DNA from: Bugula neritina
Taxonomy: Eukaryota; Animalia; Bryozoa
DNA length: 64,000 nt
NCBI GenBank assembly: GCA_964035545.1
Contig: OZ037770.1
Location: forward strand, 13,878,642 to 13,942,641
Direction: 5' to 3'
In this document: piece after piece, positions 39,430-49,768 of the stretch
Layout: each line of letters starts with the position of its first letter
Position numbering within the stretch: position 1 is the stretch's first letter
Notes under the pieces: generated by a model
What the model saw: only the letters and a program-made list of their open reading frames with translations
Told to the model about the DNA's origin: nothing
Databases searched by the model: none
Position numbers and translations under genes: made by a program

Positions 39430-42400
39430 GTATATATATATGTATATATATATATATACATATATATAAACAGACTGATGGCTAAACAATTCTTTTTATT
39501 TTTAATTACTACAAAGATTTAGAAGCAATGTGTTGAGCTTAGTGACCTTGACTTAGATATGAAACTGCCAGTTTTCAGTAGTTTCTTGTTTTGTTAAGTC
39601 TTAACTATAAATTGACTTCTTTATATGATAAATGCAGACGTAGCTCAGACGAATACCGGCGAGACGAGGATTCAGGTGGTTCCGGCTGGAGCACAGTTCC
39701 CGTCATGAAGACGCAGCGCATTGACCCGACTAAACTTCGACCCAGCAGAACGTCGGACACCATTCAGCTGGGGCCCTCCAGGGGTTTGAGTGGCTCCTGG
39801 TCCAGGGGCAATGCTAGTTCTGGCAAAAACACTTTCTCTCAGCAGCAGGAGGAGAGACCAAACACACCAACCAACAGATTTTCTGTAAGTAAATCTCTTC
39901 TTTCCGTCACATCTCTACTCTTACCACACTCTTATCGTTTCTTCATCCAATGTAAAATCTCAAGCAGAAAGTGAACAGGGTTGGTGTGTTAGCAGTTGTT
40001 GCTGTGTGATATCATCTCACGTCTGCTATCAACTATGTTTCTTAGATGCCCCGTGTAAGTTAGCCTCTGCAGTGTAAGTTAGCCTCTGCTGTCACTGTAA
40101 TCTACACCTATGAGTTGAGACCCTTGGCCACTGGCACCTACATGGCCCTACTACATCACTTTGTGTGTGCATAGCTTACTGAAATTGTTGCTACTTTGTG
40201 GTCTTCCATAACCCTTGCCAGCTATTTTGATTTATGCTCTTTGTGATGTGGAAAGTTTTTCCTCTACGCCACATTGGCATTTTCTGCACATTCTCACCCT
40301 AATATTTTAATAGAATTTTGCTACTTTTAAGACTTATCTGCTATCACGGCAGCGTTTCTAAGCTCGTAGCATTTCCATGATGATAGTGTTCGTTATAATA
40401 ACTTGGCAGTGTGTCATTGGCTTGTTTAACAGTTTCACAGGAAATGTGTCGCCATTTCTTACACGGCAGCTGATTTTGTAGGCTCTCAGAGATGGCAGCA
40501 CTAGAATGGGCAGCACACGTCGGGGATTCATGGAGATACAGAGGTAGAGAGTCTTACTGCCTCTTCTGTAGCTGTTGAGGTCAACATGTGTGCGTGTGTT
40601 TGTGTGTGCGTGCGTGTGTTTGTGTGTGCGTGCGCGTGCGTGTGTTTGTGTGTGCTAGATAATTATCACATGATTCACTGTTGACTCTCTACAGTTTGTT
40701 TAATGTCATGTCTTAGTTTTATTAGTCATACTTAATAAACCAACATTTCGCTCGGATAGCTAGAAAATCTAGAAGAATCTTCATTCTATTCACATGTTGT
40801 ATAGCAAGTTCTGTTCTCAGGTCCAATGCTGTGGCTGGCGTGCGACAGATCTCCAGATCTAGCGGCTCCAGTGGTCTATCCCGAGAGAACAGCGGGGAGG
40901 GTCGTCATAATGTACCCCCCTCTACCAAACCAGACAGTAGTCGTAGACTCAGCGACGTGCCTGGTAAAGTCGCAGTTGCTGTCAAACAGCTGTCCCGTGC
41001 TGAGTGTGAAACTAAGATGAAGGGCATAGTGGAGGAGTTCTTGAACAACCGAGACGTTAAGGTGAGCTGAGCTGAACAGCAGATGGATTTTAGGCTTGAG
41101 TTGAGCCTTTGGTTAGTCTCCTTTGATGAGCCATTAAATGGAGGGCATTAGATTAGCTTTCCTCAACTGATGGGCTAATCTCTGAACAGATTATCAACAC
41201 TCTACTTCAGCTGCTTTACCTAATCCCATTTAAGATTTAATGTTTCAGATGAAGACGTTTTATGTGTCTCTAATATATTCCTCTAGGAGATGATGGAGTG
41301 TATCAAAGAACTTGATGCCCAGTTCAACAAGAACCTTATCACTGAGTGCTCAATAAACCACGTACTGGAGAAGACAGAATCTGCCAGGAAAGCTGTTGGT
41401 AACATGCTGGCTGAGCTCATCAAACACGAACTTTTACCTTTAGATCTGCACCTGAAAGGTGTGGCAGCGGCGTTGGAGTTTGCCGAGGACTTGGCGATAG
41501 ACATCCCGAATGTGTGGAAGTATTTCGGACAGTTGATAGCGCCCATGTTCACAGTTGCTTCCATCTCTCTATCCAAACTAGACCCAGTCTGTACTTCTCT
41601 GTTAGATATAGGAAAGTCAGCTACACTGGCAGCTGAAATCCTAAAGGAAGCTAGTCATAACTCTGTAAGTGCCTTTCTCTTACTTTGTAATAATTAGTAG
41701 AAGCCTGTTCATTTTTCCAAATAATTTTCTTTTTACCATATAATTTCTTGAAAATTTTATTTTCTAGAATCTGTCAGATATTGGTAAACGGTGGAGCGAC
41801 AGTGGCCTGACCTGGTCAACTTTCCTGTCATCAGGAGAGGATCTAGATGAATTTATTAAATCAAATGTAAGTGTTCTTTTTCCCTGCCCCTACTCAATCC
41901 AACTAGCTCTCTGTATCTCTGCTTTTATCTTCTTGCCTGCAGTCTGGTGTCTTGAAATGTGATAAAGGGAAAATAATAATGATTTTGATATCTTTTTCGA
42001 TGTGTGCTGTAAGAGATGGTGAAATGCGTGTCTGCCAAGGTTACCAAAGTTATTATTCTGTCTCTTACAGAAACTAGAATACACGTTAGGTGACAGTCCG
42101 GCCACGTCTTCCAGTAGTTCTGTCAGTCAAGATTTGTTCTCCATCATCGGTCCTCTACTACTAAATAGCGAAATGAAGTCTAATGGCCAAATCTTTGATA
42201 AGATCAATGCCAGCATACCAGAGGCTCTGCGTGAAGAGCAGTCTTTTATCAAGTCTCTAACTACTTGTGTGGCCAGGTCGTGTATTGGTTAGTATTACTC
42301 TAACTACTTGCGTGGCCAAGTCATGTATTACTCTAACTACTTGTGTGGCCAAGTCATGTATTGATTAGTATTACTCTAACTACTTGTGTGGCCAAGTCAT

Positions 42401-43011
42401 GTATTACTCTAACTACTTGTGTGCCCAAGTCATGTATTGATTAGTATTACTCTAACTACTTGTGTTACAGAAAATAGAAAGTTTGTGGAGGGAATATTCA
42501 AGAACAGGAGTGCAGTATTAATAAAATATCTGGACCATAGAGTGGAGAGAGAAGAGTCTGCCCTGATAGCCTTAGAGGAACTCATGGATGAACTGGAACA
42601 TCCTGCCGGTATGTCGTATATTTTAATGACTTTCAGTGGTGGATTAAAACCTCTACACTACCCCCTGCCTTTTGCATTGATATGGTTTTTCCTAAGATGA
42701 AGTTAGTATGGTGTTGTGTTGACTTAAACTGGTAGTTTCACAATATATTTTTATGTTTACTAATAGCAATACAAAGGGTGTGAATGCTGGGTTTACTTGT
42801 AGTGAATGGTTAGTTGAGTCACACTGCTAGGATTTGTAACTATGGAAGATTTCCTCTCTACATTACAGGTTTATTGAGTGACTTTTGCTATGCCTTCTCA
42901 GACGATGATGTAGTATCTGAGGAATCATTCTTCTCATGGGAGAAAAACAGCAAACGTGGAATAGCTGTCAAATCTGTTAGTGCCTTCTTCAAGTGGCTAA
43001 GGGAAGATTAG
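19755..43011 (+). CDS. Predicted Gag-eIF4G-like chimeric protein (~1115 aa). Exons 19755-20495, 20698-20829, 21256-21373, 21602-21774, 26416-26564, 27021-27070, 27748-27992, 28901-29115, 39638-39884, 40482-40543, 40821-41061, 41287-41664, 41768-41866, 42071-42287, 42471-42608, 42869-43011
   Basis: All junctions are GT-AG and phase-compatible (3348 nt, open). eIF4G-like motifs appear in canonical order: [11 protein letters not shown] (PABP-site-like), YDRNFIV (eIF4E-site-like), GWSTVP..RIDPTKL, NRFSAL, MA3, W2. Linkage of the 5' and 3' halves is inferred. Confidence 0.5.
22335..25552. repeat. Long inverted repeat pair: left arm ~22335-22920, right arm ~24165-25552 (interrupted by a MITE), spacer ~1.25 kb; possible foldback/long-TIR element
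   Basis: The arms are near-identical reverse complements. The mirror ORFs 22300-22518(-) and 25369-25560(+) translate almost identically. Confidence 0.85.
24418..25207. mobile_element. MITE with ~49-bp perfect TIRs (caccggctttccatgtaccgatctcagatcgatctcgctgagatcgatc), inserted in the right arm of the inverted repeat
   Basis: TIRs are read directly and the left arm preserves the empty site. The TSD is short and ambiguous; Harbinger-like termini are only a guess. Confidence 0.85.
28165..28670. mobile_element. hAT-type MITE with GTAATT-rich subterminal repeats
   Basis: TIRs cagggttggggt / accccaatcctg and TSD ctaccttc / ctaccttg. Confidence 0.75.
29117..29336. repeat. (TA)n microsatellite starting at the splice donor of exon 28901-29115
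   Basis: Seen directly in the sequence. Confidence 0.95.
29337..39341. mobile_element. ~10-kb putative non-autonomous or decayed DNA transposon inserted in a (TA)n tract
   Basis: Flanked by (TA)n on both sides. Inverted subterminal motifs catagggggctgctcatagggggc (~29402) and gccccctatgagcagccctctatg (~39303). No intact transposase ORF. Confidence 0.6.
29755..33200. repeat. Minisatellite, 30-bp unit (atctgccccctatgagcttatatattctat), over 100 copies with higher-order structure
   Basis: Seen directly. A variant block (ttatgtgccatctttgagctc...cctagatatg) recurs at ~29950, ~31405 and ~33040. Confidence 0.95.
39342..39468. repeat. (TA)n microsatellite
   Basis: Seen directly in the sequence. Confidence 0.95.
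39638..43011 (+). CDS. EIF4G: eIF4G C-terminal region (linker, MA3/HEAT-2 and W2/HEAT-3 domains), 8 exons
   Basis: [44 protein letters not shown] (MA3); [37 protein letters not shown] (W2). These match the metazoan eIF4G C-terminus. Confidence 0.9.
40587..40654. repeat. (TG)n/(TGCG)n microsatellite
   Basis: Seen directly in the sequence. Confidence 0.85.
42255..42465 (+). repeat. Tandem repeat (32/42-bp units, ctctaactacttgtgtggccaagtcatgtatt) covering an exon end and the whole following intron
   Basis: The first unit is coding sequence of exon 42071-42287; about five further units fill intron 42288-42470. Confidence 0.9.
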
Positions 43012-44838
43012 ATAACACCCAGTGATTGAACTTGCAAACATGTGACACTCATTCCTATTGGCTGGATTCAGTCTCAAGCTTACCTATTGGCTTACGGTGA
43101 CAAACAATAGCAACTAGTGCTACACTCTACCATATGCATATAATACAGGCTTATCTCCAGCTCTTGTTGACCTTCACCTTAACCTTGTTGACCACAGCTC
43201 ATAATATTATACACGGTTAGTTCTGTATGCAGTAATCTGGCTCGACATCTAGTTTCCTGGGTATTTTCCGATTGGCTGTTTGGCTCGAGTGTTATTGTTG
43301 ATGTCTGAGATTGTCATTGTGCACGCATGCGCTCCAAGTACACAATATAATAATAATATATAATAATATTATAATGATCAACATAATTATTATGTTCTTT
43401 CACCATGAGCTTCAACTCACACATTGAATCACACCAACATTTAACATTTTGGTTCAAGAATTTGGGTAAATATTTATCTACTTCTAGTAGCAAAGTTAAA
43501 TTATTGGTAAATCAAATCACAGCTGCCTTAAAACTATATTAATCATAATATTAGTGTATAGCATTAATATTACTAATAGTATATACATTATGAATAGTTT
43601 TCAATAATATGTATCAATATGTTTTTGTTAGTAGAGTGTTGCCATTCCTTTCTTATATTAAAAGTGACAATTTCTGTTTATTTTTATTTTTACTGTTATA
43701 AAGTTCTGTCAAATTTAATTACTGTTCATTCGCTCTACTTGGTATTTAAATATACCTCTGAATAAAATTTGTAATTTTATCAAAGTGTTTAGCTGCTTGC
43801 CTTGTATGAAATAAAAGTTTTAAAAATGGTGGATGATTAGTAGCTTTTGTTACAAATAACGTAAATGCTGAAAAATATAAAAAATACATCTGCGTATGTT
43901 AAAAAGTACACTGATAAATTGTTCGAGTGTGAAAGAATAAATATGAAAGGGTTTCTGTTATGTGCAGATCTGTGACCATCTGCTGCACTTTTTCTTTAAC
44001 ACGGTCATCTATATAGGAAGGTAGCCTGCATTGTCCTAAAAATAAATAATCCTAATTATTACAATATTTATATACATATATATTCAAAATATTTGACTGT
44101 GAATAACAAAATAAGGTAAATGGTAAATTGTTCTCAGGAACTTCATTGCATTGAGTCTTGGAGGATATTACCGCTGTGCACTAGTGTACTCAATTTTTAC
44201 ACAGCCTCAGTTAAATATTTGCAAGCAGTACTAGGTCTCATGGTGATTTACTTTGCCAACAGGATGTCCAGCATGTTCTTGCAAACACAGCATGACAGGC
44301 TCGTACTGTAATCACCAAACACCATTGAAGTTGGTTCTGGCCATCACCAACTGATGCCCTTTTTATCTTTTCAGCAATCATTTTTGGGAACTGTTTAACT
44401 TTATAGCTGTTCCCTGTGTTGTAATACAAAATAAAATATCAAAAGGATTAGTCACTAAGGCATCAAGATAGGCAGCATTAACATGGATAATATGTGTACT
44501 TTAGAGTCTTTAACATCTGTAGAGTAGTGTAAAGTTTTTACAGTCCTGTTTAATTTTGAGGGTCTTTTTGGAAATTCTACCATTTGTGCTAGAAACCTTT
44601 AAGCAGTAATTGTGTAAGTTGAATTTTGTTTGACTATGAAGAAGGTCTATATAGTATGTATACTTTTTGGTAATTAAGGAGAAAATGCTGCGAGAGAATC
44701 ATAGACAGTTTAATTTGTAGCTATCTTGTATATATATCCTGGACTTTTGAGCTGGGTGGTCACCATCTTTCTAATATGAAAATGTAAACAAAATATGAAA
44801 ATAATTATTTTAAATGAATAAAACAAAATATATTATAA

Positions 44839-46550
44839 CAGGGGTGTCCAACCTTTTCAGACCGAGGGCCAGTCTGCAAGTTTTAGCTTGGGCCGAGGGC
44901 CGCAAAATTTTTTCTGTTTTTAAAATCAATTTTCAAGATTCATTAAACATCTGCAGGCTATATGTATTATAATTATAAGCAATGGCTAGGCTTTGCATGT
45001 TTATTAAAATTATAATATATTTAAATAGATATATATATTACTTACGTGTGTGTATGTGCATATATATGCATTTAATTAAAATAGGTAAACAAGAAACATT
45101 TCATTTTTATTACTTAAATAATCAATAATTATATATGCATTTATGTTTGTGCATAAAAAATTATACATATATACATACAAAGTATATATTCATGATTGCA
45201 CATGCAAATTTAAACAAGATGCGCCAGTGCTAAAAGTCTGTACTAATACCGGTATAGTTGTATTTTACAACCATCAGTGAGACAGTTGTGAGTACACAGT
45301 AAGTACTGTTTGCCTTGAACAATTCTGTTAATATCTAGTTTTGTATCAGAACATGCAACCCTTAGTTGCTGGACTATGTGCTGATTAGTGAGTGAAATGT
45401 AGTATCTATTTTTGTGTATTTCATTTGACTGAAAATTGAAAGTTCAAAGTTCAAACCTTCAAGCTGTCTCAGTGCAGTGCAGCATCTAACAAGCAGTCAA
45501 AGGTCAAGATGATTACAACTCCCAAATCATTTCAGTACATACTCGCACAAAATTCATTATAAAACAAAATTGTTTAAGCATCTAACCTTAAAACAGTATG
45601 TAAATGAAAACGAACATATACACAATAATACTTTAGTACTGCATAAGTGAAGTGTGTCAGGGATTCTTCAATTACTTATCTTTCACAATACAATCAATAA
45701 AAATGAGATCTTAGCTATATTTTCAAAAAGGTCTTGTCTCTATATGGCCAGTCCTGATTAAATGTCTTTAAAATATCTGTCTGCACAGAATAGCTAAGGG
45801 CAACTTTTTAGCTGCAACTGCCTTGCTGAGGTTTGCATTGTAACTGTGTAAAAATTCAGTACCAGTAAAAACAATCTCATTTGATTGTAGGCTACTAGAA
45901 TTAAAATAAAAAAACTATGTTGTGAATCTTATTTTTCCCAGTGCAACTTTTTTGGAATTTTTTCATTCTTTTGCAAAGTTATAGAAAAAAACTGCACATT
46001 TTTGGCTAACTTTGCCTCAAAAGTTGATTTTTTTTAGTACCAATAAACAATCTTAGCAGGAAAACATGATATCTGAATAAAAAAGCAATGACTTTTAGAT
46101 TTAATATAAATTGTGGATTTATTTATACACTGGAAATGGTATATTTCTTTTTCACTAGTAAGCACTGTGCATAACTTCACACTTCAGTGAACGCGTAGAG
46201 ATGAGCATATTATAATGTTATAGGCGTCTACATTGCTATAAGTCACAGGCTTGCTAGCTAACAGACTATAATGACTAGCTTGCTGTTATTGGTTGTAGTT
46301 TGATCTCAGGCTAAACAATGACAAGTAGGCAACACGCATGCCACCCACAGAACAATATTGTAAAAGAACTTAAACTACATTTTAATAGAAATTCATAGTG
46401 GGATGCTCTCAACTATCCTATGTGCTGCTGTTTCAGGCTAGTTAGCAAATTTGATCAACAAAAATTTGTAACTTGCTATACCTTGGGGGGCCACACAAAT
46501 ATAGCTGGAGGGCCGGATCCGGCCCGCGGGCCGCCTGTTGGACAGCCCTG
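44839..46550 (+). mobile_element. Non-autonomous hAT (Charlie-like) element, ~1.7 kb
   Basis: TIRs caggggtgtccaac / gttggacagccctg, perfect 8-bp TSD tattataa, and a subterminal ggccggatccggcccgcgggcc motif. A close copy lies at 54326-56052. Confidence 0.9.
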
Positions 46551-48170
46551 TATTATAACTTATCCTCGTTTGTTCCCAAATATGCAATGATGTAACTAGT
46601 TAAACGGAACAGAAACTATTCTGCTATTTGCTATTATAAAAAAACTATGACATGTAATGATACTAACCTTCAATAGCTTTCACATTTTTTTTGTTTTTTA
46701 GTGAAAATCATGGCCATGCTGAAACATAAAATTTGCTGTGCCACCTTTAATAAATGGAATACATTTTAGATAGAACAGTTTCTTCCCTTTCAAGTTAAAT
46801 GTTTCTATACACAAAATCACAAAACATTAAATGCAGTGTAAGGTTGACTGAATAGCAATATTAAGACCTGTAGTTGAAAGATTGATTGATGAAAAATTAT
46901 AGCCCCTTTAGCATAAACTAAAAAGGATGGGCACAATAAAATTAAAATATAAATTATAAATATAGGCTAAATGTATAAATATTTAATATATAGATGAATC
47001 GTGGGACAGCTTAAAAATGATGTATATATGTATAGTTTAACTTAAATTCAAAAACAAATTTAATTTTACTCATCACCACCAGTACCACACTTTATTTTTC
47101 TGCTAATTATAGTTTCTGTGCCAAATTATAGAGCAAGAGCAAGAGCTTGCATATAGCTACATAAAGCTAACAGTTGTAGCTATTTCTATACTATCAACTC
47201 TAATGCTACATTACTTGCATGAATTATGTTTTATTGGAAAAGAGGAGCTGAGGGTTGATGGTATAAAAGCTAAGTTTTATTCTATAAGCCCCTGGATCAT
47301 GTAAGACTACATGAATATTTTTATATTACATTGGTTAAATGGTTTATTAAAGCAAAGTATGTGATAATTTACTCGATTTTCTGAGAACAATGATCAATGC
47401 TATTTTTGTTTTAGTACATTTTTAATTATATTTAACAGGAATCAGCTTTTCAGGTGCATGATCATACTGAAGTGTGTTAATTATAACTGTAAACAAACTT
47501 TTTGGAATTCAAGTTGCTTTTTGTTTTCTAACTTATAATGTGTGTATTTATGTACATATACCAACATATATAGGTAAATTGGATTAAATTTTACTTCCAG
47601 TGATATTTGTTGCCAAAACTGAAAAGTTAAGAATTGAGGCTAGCTTGTGAGTTAAAGTATATCTGAGTGTTCAATTGCCTTTTACCTTCTCTCATGCCTA
47701 CAAGTTGTCAGTAGCTGAGGCTAAATATACCACACGCCCTACTGGTTGGGAAGCTTGTTTTCCCCCTATAAAGCATTCCATACTATGGATTTCAAACTAA
47801 TCTTAACCCAACCACCATGTTTTTTTATCTTATGTTTTGACATGTAATGGTGATTTTATTCATGATAATATAATATAATTTAGGATTGGTATTTACCAGC
47901 ACAATAATAATCTAATCTAAAAATTAAATTATGTAGATAGGAAGTTAATTTTTATTATAAGTTGGTGGTCATTACTTGCAATGGTAAAATGTTAAGTTGT
48001 TTAATTCTTTACCACTTATAAAACATACATGTAGATGTTACCTGTATATTTTACATATTATTTATTCATATTTCCTGAATATATTAAATCTTCATATTAT
48101 ATCTGCAGATATTACATATTCATACTATACCTGCAGATTACATCTTATTATATATTCATATTATTTGCAG

Positions 48171-49061
48171 ATATTACCTTTCACAACCAACCAATCCCCA
48201 TCCCAGTTACAACCGAGGCAGAATCAAATTCTGAAGATCGTTGACCCTGAAACTAATTCAGTTATAAACAAAAATGACTTCAGAGAAAATCAACCTTCTC
48301 GGTCATCTTTCACCAGTTTGTATTACTACCCACAGTTTAGCTTAGACCAGCTAGCTGTAAGTTGGTAATCCCCCCAACATATGTTCATAAAACCTCAGTC
48401 TAATAGTTTAATTATGTAGATATACTCTGATTTTATTAAAACAACTTATCCATTGCATAATCTGTAATAAACATTGATATTCTATGCTGTGAATTTTGCT
48501 TACATATTTTGTTATATTGAGTCTAAAATAGATTAGAATGAAAGAGTTGGAAACTATAAATCATTATCTACAAGGCCCATGGTGCAATAGCTATGCTATT
48601 ATCTCACCACACCTACCAACTGTTGAAAGGAATATGTTTAGTGATAAAGCCAGTTCTAATATAGTTTGAGGTTTTCAGCCTGCATATTAGAAATTAGAAC
48701 AAGATGTGTGAATTACACAAAACCTGATATTAAACCATGTAAAACAACTGACAGCAGCTTGTATGTTGTATCTTATAATAGGATTTGTTACATCAACCTA
48801 AAAGCACCATCAATCCCATGCTAAAGTATAGTCCTATGTTTATAATGCTATATACTAAACGATATTGACACTTTATACAGGAGAGTTCTAGAAAAGTTAG
48901 GATCCAGTCACTCTCTAAGCTTATTCTACAGATCACTGCTTATTCCTGACTACAATACATTGTAGAGTCGAGAAGAGATTGGTGCACGCTGAGCTAAAAG
49001 TGGTTCAGTCTAGTCTACATTTCTTTCGTCTGATAAAAACATGCAGGAGTTTATGCCAAAT
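48171..49061 (+). pseudogene. eIF4G-like pseudogene relic
   Basis: Exon-like 48171-48300 encodes RQNQILKIVDPET (PABP-site-like). Exon 48966-49061 (SREEIGAR*AKSGSV*STFLSSDKNMQEFMPN) is homologous to exon 41768-41866 ([33 protein letters not shown]), with both Trp codons turned to stops. Confidence 0.65.
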
Positions 49062-49768
49062 GTAAGTGTTTATTTTAATACACTTACATTGCTTAGTTTC
49101 TAATTTTCTTTATATTTTATATGAGTTCTTTGAGCAAAATGTCATGACTAAATGTATAATTAATCTAACTACAAAACATCACCAGCTTCCTCTTACCATA
49201 TTCTCTGTATGAACCATTAACATGACGCATGCTCAAACTGAAGTCTTGCTCTAATCTTAAAATAGTTTGAGATTGCTTTTGTCACAGCTTGTTACTTTCT
49301 CAGAGTGGTGCACCCTTTGTAGTACGAAATAAACATTTAAGATAAATAGTATATTCAGTCACATTTACAAAACAACTGTGTTGCATACGATTTATAGTAT
49401 TTTCATAAATACGCTACACAACCTCCGTAATTTATTTAATCGAAACAGCGTTATATATTATATGCACACATGTAACTTATAAACACATATATCAATATAT
49501 TATTATACATATTATTATTACTTGTTCTATATATAATCGAACAGTGCAGCTGATTTATGTCTGATGTTTGAAGCAGTTCACGTTTTATCCCATTGCTGCC
49601 GTTTCAACTTTCGATGACTTACTAACTAAACTTGCAAAAGCAATAACTGAATAATTCAGCTTCATCAAGGAACTGCCTACTGAATTTTTAGACTGAGTTC
49701 AACTTGTTTAAAAGTCAAAGATTAGATAAGCCGAATGGTGCAATTACTAAATTGTATTTTATTACCAT

